NCBI GenBank assembly: GCA_948465565.1 | Contig: CAOJXR010000006.1 | Coordinates: 3,010 to 67,009, forward strand | Reading direction: 5' to 3' | From: an uncultured Clostridium sp. | Lineage (GTDB): Bacteria > Bacillota > Clostridia > TANB77 > CAG-508 | Length of the DNA stretch: 64,000 bases | In this document: positions 1 through 10,606 of the stretch, in pieces | Layout of the letters: each line of letters starts with the position of its first letter | Position numbering within the stretch: the stretch's first letter is position 1 | Program-made: the position numbers and the translations under genes | The notes under the pieces: model-generated | What the model saw: only the letters and a program-made list of their open reading frames with translations | What the model was told of the DNA's origin: nothing | The model's database searches: none

Positions 1-1347
1 TTTACTATGCTTAAGTCAGGTTTGTTGCAAAAAGCAAATGGGGGATATTTGATTTTTCAAGCTAAAGAATTGCTTTCAAATCCACAATGTTACGAATATT
101 TGAAGAAGGTATTACTTGTAAAAGAAGTAAGTATTGAAAATAGTGCGGAGCAACGTTCTTCTATGATGCTTGTTTCTTTGAAACCACAGCCAATTCCATT
201 GGATTTAAAGGTTGTTTTGATTGGTAGTTCACAGATTTATCATACTTTATTATCAATGGATGAGGATTTTAGAAAATTATTTAAAATTAAGGTTGAATTT
301 GAGGAAGAGGCACCTAAAAATACTGAAAATATAAATAAGCTTGTTAGGTTTGTTAGAAGCTATTGTGAGCAGGAAAATTTGCTGGATGTTGATAAAGAGG
401 CTATGGCAAAGATTGTTGAGTATGCGTCAAAGCTGTCTGGTGATAAAGAGAAACTTTCTACTCAATTTAGTGAAATTGGGCAAATTGTTGGGGAGGCTTC
501 TACTTGGGCTAAGTTAGATAAGTCTAAAATTGTTACTAAAGATTATGTTCAAAAGGCTTTTGATGAGCGTATTGAAAGAATTAAAAAATATGATACAAAG
601 TATCTTCAAATGATTAAAGAAGGGGCACTATTAATTAATACTTCTGGTTTTAAGGTTGGACAGATTAATGGTTTGACTGTTATTACAATTGGTGATTATT
701 CATTTGGTAAACCTTCAAAGATTACAGCTAGCACGTATGTTGGTAAAGCTGGGGTTATAAACATTGAGAGAGAAGTTCAAATGTCTGGTTCTAGCCATTC
801 AAAGGGTGTAATGATTTTAACTGGATATTTGGGTGAGATGTTTGCACAGGATAAACCACTTTCTCTTACTGCTAGTATATGTTTTGAGCAATTGTATGGT
901 GGAGTTGATGGGGATAGTGCTTCTAGTACAGAAGCGTATGCGATTTTATCAAGTTTGTCAGATATTCCTATTAATCAAGCTATTGCGGTTACTGGTTCTG
1001 TTAATCAGAAGGGAGAAATTCAACCTATTGGTGGTGTTAATGAGAAGATAGAAGGATTTTTCCAAATTTGTAAGATGAGAGGATTGGATAGAAATCAAGG
1101 TGTTATTATTCCTAGCCAAAATGTTAGAAATTTACACTTAAATGATGAGGTTATTCAAGCTGTGAAAGATGGTACTTTCCATATTTATGCGATTAATACT
1201 ATTGAGGATGGTATCGAGATTTTGACAGGTGTTCCTGCTGGTAGAAAAGATAAGAATGGTAAATTCCCAGCTGGTACAATTAATTATTTGGCTAATGAGA
1301 AATTGATTAAGTATGCGAAAATTGCTGAAAAAAGTGGAAATATGTAG
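1..1347 (+). CDS. Lon-type ATP-dependent protease (LonB/LonC-like AAA + Lon_C), 5'-truncated by window
   Basis: GLLQKANGGYL, GQINGL, FEQLYGGVDGDSAS (catalytic Ser), QPIGGVNEKIEGF (catalytic Lys); frame is open from the window edge. Confidence 0.9.
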   Translation, partial: FTMLKSGLLQKANGGYLIFQAKELLSNPQCYEYLKKVLLVKEVSIENSAEQRSSMMLVSLKPQPIPLDLKVVLIGSSQIYHTLLSMDEDFRKLFKIKVEFEEEAPKNTENINKLVRFVRSYCEQENLLDVDKEAMAKIVEYASKLSGDKEKLSTQFSEIGQIVGEASTWAKLDKSKIVTKDYVQKAFDERIERIKKYDTKYLQMIKEGALLINTSGFKVGQINGLTVITIGDYSFGKPSKITASTYVGKAGVINIEREVQMSGSSHSKGVMILTGYLGEMFAQDKPLSLTASICFEQLYGGVDGDSASSTEAYAILSSLSDIPINQAIAVTGSVNQKGEIQPIGGVNEKIEGFFQICKMRGLDRNQGVIIPSQNVRNLHLNDEVIQAVKDGTFHIYAINTIEDGIEILTGVPAGRKDKNGKFPAGTINYLANEKLIKYAKIAEKSGNM

Positions 1348-1473
1348 AATTTTGTAGGACGATTTTGCTTGAAATTGATGTAATATTGCTGTATAGTAAT
1401 ATTACATTTTTTATACGAAAATATGTACGGGGAATTGACTTGAAATGTAGTAGTTAAAATAGAAAGGAGTTTT

Positions 1474-1590
1474 ATGAATAAAAATGATGAAATTTTATGT
1501 AAGCTTTTAAATATTGAGACTACTATGAATGAAATTTATAAAGAAGTGCTTAGTATTAGAAAAAATACTGAAGATAGAAATGTAGAGTAA
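1474..1590 (+). CDS. putative small protein, 38 aa (MNKNDEILCKLLNIETTMNEIYKEVLSIRKNTEDRNVE)
   Basis: Strong SD AGAAAGGAG just before ATG 1474; lies in a 360-bp intergenic gap; below the ORF-track cutoff. Confidence 0.4.
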   Translation: MNKNDEILCKLLNIETTMNEIYKEVLSIRKNTEDRNVE

Positions 1591-1707
1591 TTTAAGATTG
1601 ATATTTTGTAATAGATTGTTTGACTTAAAAATTTTTTATTATTAGTTTTACAAAGAATATAAAGATATGATATAGTTACTGTTAAATAGAGTTTGTTTTA
1701 AAGGAGA

Positions 1708-2541
1708 GTGATTTTTTTGAAAATAACTGAGGAAGAGATTTTTAATTTAAAGGAAATTGCTAAAAGAATTAGAAGAAATATTATTGAAGAAGTTTATTCA
1801 GCACAATCTGGGCATCCAGGCGGAGCACTATCTTGTGCAGATATATTGACAGCATTATATTTTAATCAGATGAATATAAATCCAGAGAAACCAGATGATG
1901 AAAGTAGAGATAGATTTGTTTTATCTAAAGGTCATGCATCTGCTGCATTGTATGCGACTTTGGCTGAAAGAGGTTATTTTTCAAAAGAGGAACTTGCAAA
2001 TTTTAGAAAGATAGGCGAGAGATTACAAGGTCATCCTGATATGAAACATATTCCTGGAGTTGATATGAGTGCTGGTTCCTTGGGGCAAGGGTTATCTGTT
2101 GCAAATGGTATGGCACTTTCTTCTAAGATGGATGGAAAAGGTTTTAGAGTTTATTGTTTGTTAGGTGATGGAGAGATTGAAGAAGGTCAAGTTTGGGAGG
2201 CTGCAATGACATCTGCTCATTATAAGTTGGATAATTTGTGTGTTATTGTTGATAATAATAAATTGCAAATTGATGGTTCTGTTGAAGAGGTAATGAGTGT
2301 ATATCCTATTAAAGAGAAATTTGAAAGCTTTGGTTTTGAAGTTTTTGAAGTTGATGGAAATAATATAGATAGTCTTATAACTGTTTTTCAAAAGGCTAAG
2401 ACTGTTAAGGGAAAGCCTACTGTTATTGTGGCTAAGACTATTAAAGGAAAAGGTATTAGTTTTATGGAAAATCAAGTTGGATGGCATGGAAAGGCACCAA
2501 GTGAAGAACAGTATTTAGAAGCTATGAAAGAGGTGATGTAG
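1708..2541 (+). CDS. transketolase N-terminal subunit
   Basis: SGHPGGALS, DRFVLSKGHA, LQGHP, GSLGQGLS, ThDP motif GDGE...N. Confidence 0.95.
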   Translation: MIFLKITEEEIFNLKEIAKRIRRNIIEEVYSAQSGHPGGALSCADILTALYFNQMNINPEKPDDESRDRFVLSKGHASAALYATLAERGYFSKEELANFRKIGERLQGHPDMKHIPGVDMSAGSLGQGLSVANGMALSSKMDGKGFRVYCLLGDGEIEEGQVWEAAMTSAHYKLDNLCVIVDNNKLQIDGSVEEVMSVYPIKEKFESFGFEVFEVDGNNIDSLITVFQKAKTVKGKPTVIVAKTIKGKGISFMENQVGWHGKAPSEEQYLEAMKEVM

Positions 2542-2542
2542 T

Positions 2543-3475
2543 ATGAAAGAGGAGAGGAAAGCTACTAGACAGAGTTATGGTGAGGCTCTAAAAGATTTAG
2601 GAAAAGAGAATTCGAGGGTTGTTGTTTTAGATGCAGATTTAGCAGGTGCTACAAAAAGTGATATATTTAAAAAGGAATTTCCTGAAAGATTTTTTGATAT
2701 TGGAATTGCTGAACAAGATATGATTGGGACTGCTGCTGGAATGGCTACTTGTGGTAAGATACCTTTTGCAAGTACGTTTGCAGTTTTTGCAACTGGTAGA
2801 GCGTATGACCAAATTAGAAATAGTGTGTGTTATCCTAATTTGAATGTTAAGATTTGTGGAAGCCATGCAGGAGTTACTGTCGGTGAAGATGGTGCTACAC
2901 ATCAGATGTTAGAGGATATTAATATAATGAAGGGTCTTCCTAATATGACTGTGTTTTGCCCTTCTGATGATGTTCAAACTAAGTGGGCTGTAAAAGAGGT
3001 AAGTAAAATAAAAGGCCCTTGTTATATTAGGACTTGTAGGTTAGCTTCTAATATTATATATGAAGAAAATCAAGAATTTGAAGTTGGAAAAGCTGTTCAA
3101 ATAGGTGATGGAACTGATGTAACAGTTTTTGCAACAGGAGTTTGTGTTGCTGAGGCAATAAAAGCTAAAGAAGAGCTTGAGGAAAAGGGAATACATATTA
3201 GAGTAGTTGATGTGCATACTATTAAGCCTATTGATAAAGAAATGATTATAAAATGTGCAAAAGAAACAAAAAGATTGATTTCCATTGAAGACCATAGTAT
3301 AATTGGTGGTCTTGGAAGTATAATTGCAGATGTGCTTTGTGAGAATTATCCAGCTACTTTAACAAAAATGGGAGTTAAAGATAGATTTGGTGAATCTGGT
3401 AAGGCACAAGAATTGATGACTAAATTTGAAATTGATTGTGATGCAATAGTTAGAGAAATAGAGAAAAAAGGATAA
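2543..3475 (+). CDS. transketolase C-terminal subunit
   Basis: ATRQSYGEAL, GIAEQDM, GEDGATHQ, EDHSIIGGLGS. Confidence 0.95.
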   Translation: MKEERKATRQSYGEALKDLGKENSRVVVLDADLAGATKSDIFKKEFPERFFDIGIAEQDMIGTAAGMATCGKIPFASTFAVFATGRAYDQIRNSVCYPNLNVKICGSHAGVTVGEDGATHQMLEDINIMKGLPNMTVFCPSDDVQTKWAVKEVSKIKGPCYIRTCRLASNIIYEENQEFEVGKAVQIGDGTDVTVFATGVCVAEAIKAKEELEEKGIHIRVVDVHTIKPIDKEMIIKCAKETKRLISIEDHSIIGGLGSIIADVLCENYPATLTKMGVKDRFGESGKAQELMTKFEIDCDAIVREIEKKG

Positions 3476-3496
3476 GGAAAGAAGTTTAGATAAAAT

Positions 3497-4996
3497 ATGA
3501 ATAGTAGAAATGGAATAATTGGTTTTGCAATAGGGGATGCATTGGGAGTACCATTGAAATTTATGTCTAGAGAAAAATTATTTGAGAATCCAACTACGCA
3601 AATGATAGATGGAGGAAGCCACGATCAGCCATTAGGTACGTGGTCTGATGAAACTTCTACTACTTTGGCAACAATGGAGTCTATAATTAAAAGCTTTGGT
3701 ATTTCAACTATAGATATTGGAAATCGTTTAACTGAATGGATGGAACATTCAAAATATACTGCTGGAGGAGAGAGGTTTGATATTGAGAGAACGACTTTGA
3801 TTGCTCTTTCACGTTTTGAAAAAGATGGACAACCTTTTGAGAGTGGTTCAGCTGCTGAAGATAGTAATGGGAATGGTTCTTTAATGAGAATGCTTCCTAT
3901 TGCGTATTATTGTTATAGTGCTAATATGCAGCAAAGTGAAATTTTTAGTAGTGTTAAAAAGGTTTCTAGTATTACACATGCACATGATGTTAGTATTTTA
4001 GGTTGCTATATATATGTTTTATATGCAATGGAATTGCTTGCAGGCAAGTCAAAATATGATGCTTATAAAGAAATCCAGAGGGCTAATTATTCTCAATTTT
4101 CTAGAGGTTCTATTGATATGTATAATAGAATTTTGAAGAAAAATATAGAGGAATTACCAATAGAGGCGATTAGGTCGACAAATTATATTGTTGATACTTT
4201 AGAGGCTGTTTTATGGACTTTTTTGAATACAGATAGTTTTAATCAAGCTATAATTGGTGCTGTTAATTTAGGAGGTAGTACTGATACTGTAGGTGCTTGT
4301 ACAGGCGGATTGGCAGGAATTTTTTATGGGTTAGAATCAATAAATCCTGAATGGAGAATTGACTTAAAAAAATATACATATATCAGGGCTATGTGTGAGG
4401 AATTTGATGAGATATTACGATCTAGTAGCAAAAAGATTGAAAAGCCAGAGCCTGTTTATGGTAGAGAAGATAGTATGATTAAAATTATACAGGGCGATAT
4501 TACTAAACTTAATGTTGATGCTTATGTAAATTCTGCTAATAATTCTTTGCTTGGTGGTAGCGGTGTTGATGGGGCAATTCATAATGCTTGTGGTCAAGAG
4601 TTATTATATAAATGTAAGATTTTGCAGGGGTGCGAGACTGGTGAAGCTAAGATAACTAGAGGGTATAAGTCAAAAGCTGATTTTATTATTCATACTGTTG
4701 CTCCAAAATGGTTTGAAGAGCAGAAGAATGACAAAGAAAAGCTTTTGAGAAAATGTTATGAAAATTCTATTTCATTGGCTAGCGATTTTAATTGCAGACG
4801 AGTTGCTTTTCCTTGTTTAGGAATGGGCGTTTATGGCTGTCCAATTGAAATTGGTGGAAAAATTGCAATTGATTTTGCGGTTGAGGAAACTAGAAAAGTT
4901 AAGCCACGTGCGCAAGTTATTTATTTAGTTTGTTATACAAAAGAACAATATGAATTTTATATGGAATATTTAAAAAAGAAAATTGCAGAAAAATAG
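3497..4996 (+). CDS. ADP-ribosylglycohydrolase (ARH/DraG-like) domain fused to MacroD-type macrodomain
   Basis: N-term GDALG, GTWSDET, GNGSLMR, THAH, LGGSTDT; C-term IIQGDIT, VNSANNSLLGGSGVDGAIH, IIHTVAP. Confidence 0.9.
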   Translation: MNSRNGIIGFAIGDALGVPLKFMSREKLFENPTTQMIDGGSHDQPLGTWSDETSTTLATMESIIKSFGISTIDIGNRLTEWMEHSKYTAGGERFDIERTTLIALSRFEKDGQPFESGSAAEDSNGNGSLMRMLPIAYYCYSANMQQSEIFSSVKKVSSITHAHDVSILGCYIYVLYAMELLAGKSKYDAYKEIQRANYSQFSRGSIDMYNRILKKNIEELPIEAIRSTNYIVDTLEAVLWTFLNTDSFNQAIIGAVNLGGSTDTVGACTGGLAGIFYGLESINPEWRIDLKKYTYIRAMCEEFDEILRSSSKKIEKPEPVYGREDSMIKIIQGDITKLNVDAYVNSANNSLLGGSGVDGAIHNACGQELLYKCKILQGCETGEAKITRGYKSKADFIIHTVAPKWFEEQKNDKEKLLRKCYENSISLASDFNCRRVAFPCLGMGVYGCPIEIGGKIAIDFAVEETRKVKPRAQVIYLVCYTKEQYEFYMEYLKKKIAEK

Positions 4997-4998
4997 GG

Positions 4999-5026
4999 GA
5001 AGAAGATTTTTGTAATCTTCTTCTTT
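4999..5026 (+). terminator. intrinsic terminator-like hairpin
   Basis: GAAGAAGATT-n5-AATCTTCTTC followed by T-rich tract. Confidence 0.6.
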
Positions 5027-5125
5027 GCGCTTTTTTTCAAAATTTTCTATTGCATTTGAAATTCATTATTGGTATTATAGAGTAGTAAATAAGTGAATTT
5101 AGTCGAAATTTATAAGGAGATAAAA

Positions 5126-5809
5126 ATGATTGAATTTAAGAATGTAAGTAAGGTTTATGACACTGGTACAGAAGCGGTTCATAATGCGAACTTTAGAATA
5201 GATAAAGGTGAATTTGTGTTTTTAGTAGGTTCTTCAGGTTCTGGAAAGTCTACTTTAATTAAGTTGATTTTGAAAGAGGAAGAGCCTACAAGGGGAAATA
5301 TTATAATTAATGGAAAGGATACTACATTTTTAAAACCTAAGAAAGTTCCATTTTTGCGTAGAAGTATGGGAGTTGTTTTTCAGGACTTTAGATTATTGCC
5401 TGATAAAACGGTTTATGAAAATGTAGCTTTTGCTATGTATATTGTTAAGGCTACACCAAGACATATAAGAAGACAAGTACCAATGGTTTTGTCTTTGGTG
5501 GGGTTGAGTGCTAAAGCTAAAATGTACCCTAATGAGTTATCTGGTGGTGAGCAACAGAGAGTTGCACTTGCAAGAGCTTTAGTTAATAATCCTTCAATGA
5601 TTATTGCTGATGAGCCTACTGGAAACTTAGATCCAGATACTGCATGGGAGATTATGAATTTATTAAATGATATTAACTTAAGAGGAACTACTGTTGTTAT
5701 GGCTACACATGCTAAAAATATAGTAGATGCGATGAATAAAAGAGTTATCCATATACATCAAGGAAATATTGTTAGAGACCAAAAAGGTGGATACGAAGAA
5801 ATAAAGTAA
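5126..5809 (+). CDS. ftsE: cell division ATP-binding protein FtsE
   Basis: GSSGSGKST, VVFQDFRLL, LSGGEQQRV, ADEPTGNLDP; upstream of ftsX; SD AAGGAG before ATG 5126. Confidence 0.95.
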   Translation: MIEFKNVSKVYDTGTEAVHNANFRIDKGEFVFLVGSSGSGKSTLIKLILKEEEPTRGNIIINGKDTTFLKPKKVPFLRRSMGVVFQDFRLLPDKTVYENVAFAMYIVKATPRHIRRQVPMVLSLVGLSAKAKMYPNELSGGEQQRVALARALVNNPSMIIADEPTGNLDPDTAWEIMNLLNDINLRGTTVVMATHAKNIVDAMNKRVIHIHQGNIVRDQKGGYEEIK

Positions 5810-5824
5810 AAGGGTGATTTTAAA

Positions 5825-6742
5825 GTGAGATATAATATTTTAACATACCATATTGGGGAAGGTATTAGAAATTTATTTAAAAATAAAAAATCAACAATGG
5901 CATCTTTATGTATTATGATGGCTACGATGCTTATGTTTGGTATATTTTTCATTATTGGGCAGAATGTTAATAATGTAATGAAAACTATTGAAGAAGAACA
6001 AGGAATGCAGGTTTTTATCATAGATGAGGCTGATAGTTCAGAAGTTCAACAAGTTAGAGATATGATACTTTCAATTGATGGAGTTTCTTCTGCTCAAATT
6101 TATACTAGACAAGATGCTTTGGATAAAATGAAAGAAAGAATGAAAAATCATGCAGATTTGCTTTCAGTATATGAAGGCGATGAGAACATTTTTCCTGATT
6201 CAGTAATTGTAAAATTATCTAATCTTGAAAGAAGTGCAGAAGTTCAAGAGAAAATAAGACAGATAACAATTGATGGTAAAAGTTATATTGATGATATTTT
6301 AAATAGTGATAAAACTGTAAATGCTTTAATAAGTATTGCAAATGGTATAAAGATTGTTACTGGTGTACTTTTAATATTATTAATTGCGATTTCAGTATTC
6401 ATTATTTCTAATACAATAAAATTAACAGTTCATGCAAGAAGAAAAGAAATTTCAATTATGAAATATGTTGGTGCAACAAACTCTTTTATTCGTTGGCCAT
6501 TTATTGTTGAAGGTATGATTATTGGAGTTTTAGCAGCATTATTTACAATGTTAATTATTTATTTTGGATATACAATAGTTGTTCAAAAGATAATGCTTGC
6601 ATTGAGTCATATTAAGATTAGTGTTGCATTATTAACATTTAAAGAATTGTATAAATTAATTTTAATAGTTTATATGACACTTGGAATTGGAATTGGAGTA
6701 CTTGGTAGTTCAATTTCTATGAAGAAATACTTAGAGGTATAG
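5825..6742 (+). CDS. ftsX: cell division permease FtsX
   Basis: 4-TM layout, ISNTIKLTVHARRKEISIMKYVGAT, RWPFIVEG. Confidence 0.95.
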   Translation: MRYNILTYHIGEGIRNLFKNKKSTMASLCIMMATMLMFGIFFIIGQNVNNVMKTIEEEQGMQVFIIDEADSSEVQQVRDMILSIDGVSSAQIYTRQDALDKMKERMKNHADLLSVYEGDENIFPDSVIVKLSNLERSAEVQEKIRQITIDGKSYIDDILNSDKTVNALISIANGIKIVTGVLLILLIAISVFIISNTIKLTVHARRKEISIMKYVGATNSFIRWPFIVEGMIIGVLAALFTMLIIYFGYTIVVQKIMLALSHIKISVALLTFKELYKLILIVYMTLGIGIGVLGSSISMKKYLEV

Positions 6743-6766
6743 TACTGATAATTATAAAAAGGGAGC

Positions 6767-7930
6767 ATGATTATGAGAAAGAAAATTATTAAGGTTTTAG
6801 TAATTTTAACTGTAATGTGCCTTATAATAATGGGGCTTTCTTGCAAGTCTTTTGGTGATTATGTTTCTAATTTGAGGGATCAACAAGCGAATCTCCAGAG
6901 TCAGCTAGAGGCTTCAAATATACAGGTTGAAATTATTCAGTCAGATATTTCAGAGCTAGCAGCGCAGATTTTACAAATGAATGAAGATATAACTTCTCAA
7001 GAAATTGAGGTTGATTTACTTAGAAGTCAGAGTAAAGAGTTGCAAGAGAGTATTGAGAAGAATGAGGTTGAACTTGAGGAGATAACAGAGACATATAATA
7101 AACAAAAAAAGATTTTGGAAGCACGTTTAGTTGCATCATATAAATCTGGTGAAATACAGTACTTAGATTATTTGCTACAGGCTAGTTCATTACCTGAATT
7201 TATTTCAACATATTATTATATTTCTGAAATGGTTGAGGCTGATAGTGAGCTATTGGTTAAGACAAATAAACAAAAAGAAGAATTAGAACTTGCAAAGTTA
7301 GAATTAAAAAAACAAAAAAAACAATTAGCACAAACATTAGAGGAAAGTGAAAATAAAGCGGTTTCTTTAGCTAATAAGCAAACTATAAAAGATGCGTATA
7401 TTAGACAGTTATCAGAAGAAGAACAAAAGTATACTACTGATATTATTGAGATGCAGACTGAGATAAAGAAAGTTGAGGCTGAGATTTTAGAGGCTGCGGC
7501 TTTACATATTGGTTTTGATTATGTTGGTGGGGAAATGGCTTGGCCAGTACCAGGATATACACGTATTACGTCAGAGTTTGGAATGAGAACGCATCCTATA
7601 ACAGGTGTGTATAAATTGCATACAGGTACAGATATTGGTGCACCTCTTGGAACACCTTTTATTGCAGCAAATGATGGAGTTGTTGTAAAGGCTGGATGGA
7701 ATAATGCTTATGGTAATATGGTTATGATAAACCATGGTGGTGGAGTTTCTACTTTATATGCACATGGTTCAGAAATATTAGTTCAAGTTGGACAGGAAGT
7801 TAAAAGGGGAGAAGAAGTTTTGAAAGTTGGTAGTACAGGGTATTCTACAGGACCTCATGCTCATTTTGAAGTTAGAATAAATGGACAGTATGTTAATCCG
7901 ATACCATATATTACTACAACAGTAAGGTAA
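6767..7930 (+). CDS. secreted coiled-coil + M23 peptidase (EnvC/CwlO-like FtsEX partner)
   Basis: Signal peptide, long coiled coil, HTGTDIG and STGPHAHFEV zinc motifs. Confidence 0.9.
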   Translation: MIMRKKIIKVLVILTVMCLIIMGLSCKSFGDYVSNLRDQQANLQSQLEASNIQVEIIQSDISELAAQILQMNEDITSQEIEVDLLRSQSKELQESIEKNEVELEEITETYNKQKKILEARLVASYKSGEIQYLDYLLQASSLPEFISTYYYISEMVEADSELLVKTNKQKEELELAKLELKKQKKQLAQTLEESENKAVSLANKQTIKDAYIRQLSEEEQKYTTDIIEMQTEIKKVEAEILEAAALHIGFDYVGGEMAWPVPGYTRITSEFGMRTHPITGVYKLHTGTDIGAPLGTPFIAANDGVVVKAGWNNAYGNMVMINHGGGVSTLYAHGSEILVQVGQEVKRGEEVLKVGSTGYSTGPHAHFEVRINGQYVNPIPYITTTVR

Positions 7931-7953
7931 TTAAAATTAAGGAGGACTCTTTA

Positions 7954-9165
7954 GTGAAAAACAAAAGAATTAAGGTAGTTTTGATTTGTATTATTATGAT
8001 TTTTGTTTGTACTTTTTTAGGTAATATATTAATTTCGTTTGCGGCTACTTCTTCAGAATTACAACAGCAACATCAACAAACACAAAATGATATAAATGAT
8101 GCGAAAAATGAACAACAGGAAATTAGAAATAATATGTCAGCTATTCAAAAAGAGGTTGATGATTTAAATTCGAAAATTAGTAGTTATCAGAATGAGATTT
8201 ATGATTTAACACAACAGATTGAAGATACTATTGCGAAAATCACAAGTGCTGAAAATGAATTAGATAAGACTCAAAAAAATTTAGAGGAAAAACAAGAACT
8301 TTTAAAGAAAAGGCTTATTGCTTCATATAAATTAGGTGATACAACATATTTGGATGTGTTACTTAGTTCAGATGGATTAACAGATTTTTTGTCTAAGTAT
8401 TATTATATTGAGCAAATGGCTGAGGCTGATACAAGATTAATAGAGACAATTAAAGAGACAAAGGTTCAAATTGAAGAATCAAAGAAAATTCTAGAAGATA
8501 GTAAACTAGCTCTTGAGGATGCTAAGAAAAACCAGGAATTAAAAAAGGAATCTTTGGATATAGCCAAATCAGAGAAAAATGCAAAGTATAGTCAATTATC
8601 AGAGGAAGAAAAGGCATTACAACAAAAAATAGAGGAAATGCAGGCAGAAGATACTAAGATTAGAGCTGCTATTGCTAAGGCTCTTAAGGAAGAAGAGGAG
8701 AGAAGACAGCAAGAACAGAATAAGCCTAATGGTGGTGGTTCAAGTTCGACAGTTAGTCCAGGTGGATATATTTGGCCACTTCCAGCTGCATATACAAAAA
8801 TAACTACTGGATTATATTATTCTTGGGGTGGATATCATGGTGCTGTTGATTTTGGTTCAGGAGGAATAAATGGTCAACCTGTGTATGCTGTTAAAGATGG
8901 TACAGTTATTTTAACTCAGAATTTAACAAATAGTTATGGTACATATGTTATGATAAATCATCATGATGGTACGTATACTTTATATGCGCATGGTCAAAGA
9001 GGCTCAATTACTGTTAGTGAAGGGCAAAAAGTTAAACAAGGTCAACAGATTATGAAAGTTGGTACAACAGGAAATTCTACAGGACCACATTTACATTTTG
9101 AAGTTAGACTTGCACCAGGTGGTTCTAATAATAAAGTAAGTCCATATAAATATTTACCAATATAA
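7954..9165 (+). CDS. second coiled-coil + M23 peptidase paralog
   Basis: Signal peptide, coiled coil, HGAVDFG, YAHG, STGPHLHFEV. Confidence 0.9.
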   Translation: MKNKRIKVVLICIIMIFVCTFLGNILISFAATSSELQQQHQQTQNDINDAKNEQQEIRNNMSAIQKEVDDLNSKISSYQNEIYDLTQQIEDTIAKITSAENELDKTQKNLEEKQELLKKRLIASYKLGDTTYLDVLLSSDGLTDFLSKYYYIEQMAEADTRLIETIKETKVQIEESKKILEDSKLALEDAKKNQELKKESLDIAKSEKNAKYSQLSEEEKALQQKIEEMQAEDTKIRAAIAKALKEEEERRQQEQNKPNGGGSSSTVSPGGYIWPLPAAYTKITTGLYYSWGGYHGAVDFGSGGINGQPVYAVKDGTVILTQNLTNSYGTYVMINHHDGTYTLYAHGQRGSITVSEGQKVKQGQQIMKVGTTGNSTGPHLHFEVRLAPGGSNNKVSPYKYLPI

Positions 9166-9240
9166 CAAAAATTGATAAGTATAGGGCGTCAGCGAATGGC
9201 GCCCTAAATTGTTGAATATAAATTATTTAGGAGGAATGAC

Positions 9241-10443
9241 ATGGAGGATGAGAACAGAAAATATCAGGTAAAAGTAAAAATTATTATTGCGATTGTTTTA
9301 ACAATGCTTATTACAATGTGCGTAAGTGTTTTCGTTTATGATAGGTATTTGGCTAGCAAAGGATTATTGATTAATTCTTATGAGGGGTCAAAAGATGTTT
9401 CAGATTCTTTGGATGAATTGAGAACGATTTTAGAGGCAACTTATAAAGGAGAATTGAATAGTGATGAAATGAAGCAAGCTGCATTGAAAGGATATGTGGA
9501 AGGTGTAGGTGATCCATATACAGAATATATGACTAGAGAAGAATGGGAAGATTTGCAGACATCATTAAGTGATTTTGTCGGAATTGGCGTATATTTATCT
9601 GAAGTAAGAGGTTCTGGAATTACTGTTGTAACAGGTACAATTAGTGAAGAGACTCCTGCTGCTAAAGTTGGTATTAAACCTGGAGATATTATAAAGGAAG
9701 TTAATTCAGAGGATGTTTCTACTAAAGGCGTTGAATATGTGTCTTCAAAAGTTAAAGGACCAGAAGGTTCAAAAGTTAAAGTTAAGGTGTTGCGTGGAGA
9801 AGATGAGTTAACTTTTGATGTTGAAAGAGCTGCTATTAAAGTATATGAGATTAAATCTGAAATGCTAGAAAATAATATTGGATATATCGATTTTGATTCT
9901 TTTACTGATACAAGTGCTGATGAATTTGAAAATGCGTATAAAGCTTTGAAAAATAAAGGTGCTAAATCGTTGATTGTTGATTTAAGAGATAATACAGGTG
10001 GATATGTTCAATCTGCACTTAATATAGCTGATTTATTTGTAAATAAGGATGAAAAGCTACTTATTACTGAGGATAAAGATGGAGAGAGAACTATTAATTA
10101 TTCTAAACATGGAAAGACAATTAATATGCCTGTTGTTGTATTGGTTAATGAGTATTCTGCTAGTGCATCTGAAATTTTAACTGGAATATTAAAAGATTAT
10201 GATGTTGCAACAATTGTTGGAACAAGAACGTATGGAAAAGGTGTTATCCAAAATGTTTATCCTAAGGTTTTGGGTGGAGCACTAAAGGTTACTACTGCAG
10301 AATATTTTACACCAAAAGAGAATAAAATTCATAAGGTTGGAATTGAACCTGATGAGGAAGTACAATTGGATAAAACGATTGATACTCTAACAAGAGAGAA
10401 TGATAATCAATTACAGAAGGCTATTGATTTATTAAAAAAATAA
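9241..10443 (+). CDS. S41 family carboxyl-terminal processing protease with PDZ domain
   Basis: GDPYTEY, GIGV, DLRDNTGG, SASASEI, TYGKG. Confidence 0.93.
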   Translation: MEDENRKYQVKVKIIIAIVLTMLITMCVSVFVYDRYLASKGLLINSYEGSKDVSDSLDELRTILEATYKGELNSDEMKQAALKGYVEGVGDPYTEYMTREEWEDLQTSLSDFVGIGVYLSEVRGSGITVVTGTISEETPAAKVGIKPGDIIKEVNSEDVSTKGVEYVSSKVKGPEGSKVKVKVLRGEDELTFDVERAAIKVYEIKSEMLENNIGYIDFDSFTDTSADEFENAYKALKNKGAKSLIVDLRDNTGGYVQSALNIADLFVNKDEKLLITEDKDGERTINYSKHGKTINMPVVVLVNEYSASASEILTGILKDYDVATIVGTRTYGKGVIQNVYPKVLGGALKVTTAEYFTPKENKIHKVGIEPDEEVQLDKTIDTLTRENDNQLQKAIDLLKK

Positions 10444-10462
10444 AAAAAAATTAAAAAAAATG

Positions 10463-10491
10463 TTGACAAGAATGTTAAAATCTAGTATACT
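10463..10491 (+). promoter_or_regulatory. sigma-A promoter of tRNA operon
   Basis: TTGACA-17bp-TATACT with upstream A-tracts. Confidence 0.85.
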
Positions 10492-10524
10492 ATCAATTGT
10501 CAGCGATGACTGACAATTGAAAAT

Positions 10525-10600
10525 GGTCGCTTAGCTCAGCTGGGAGAGCATCTGCCTTACAAGCAGGAGGTCATAGGTTCGAGCCCTATAGCGACCACCA
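10525..10600 (+). tRNA. tRNA-Val(TAC)
   Basis: Cloverleaf, anticodon loop CTTACAA, TTCGA, CCA end. Confidence 0.97.
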
Positions 10601-10606
10601 TTTTAT

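Noticed and set aside
9182-9206. GC-rich hairpin TAGGGCGTCA...TGGCGCCCTA as a REP element
   Set aside because: Single copy in the window; cannot be told apart from an mRNA-stabilising or terminator stem.
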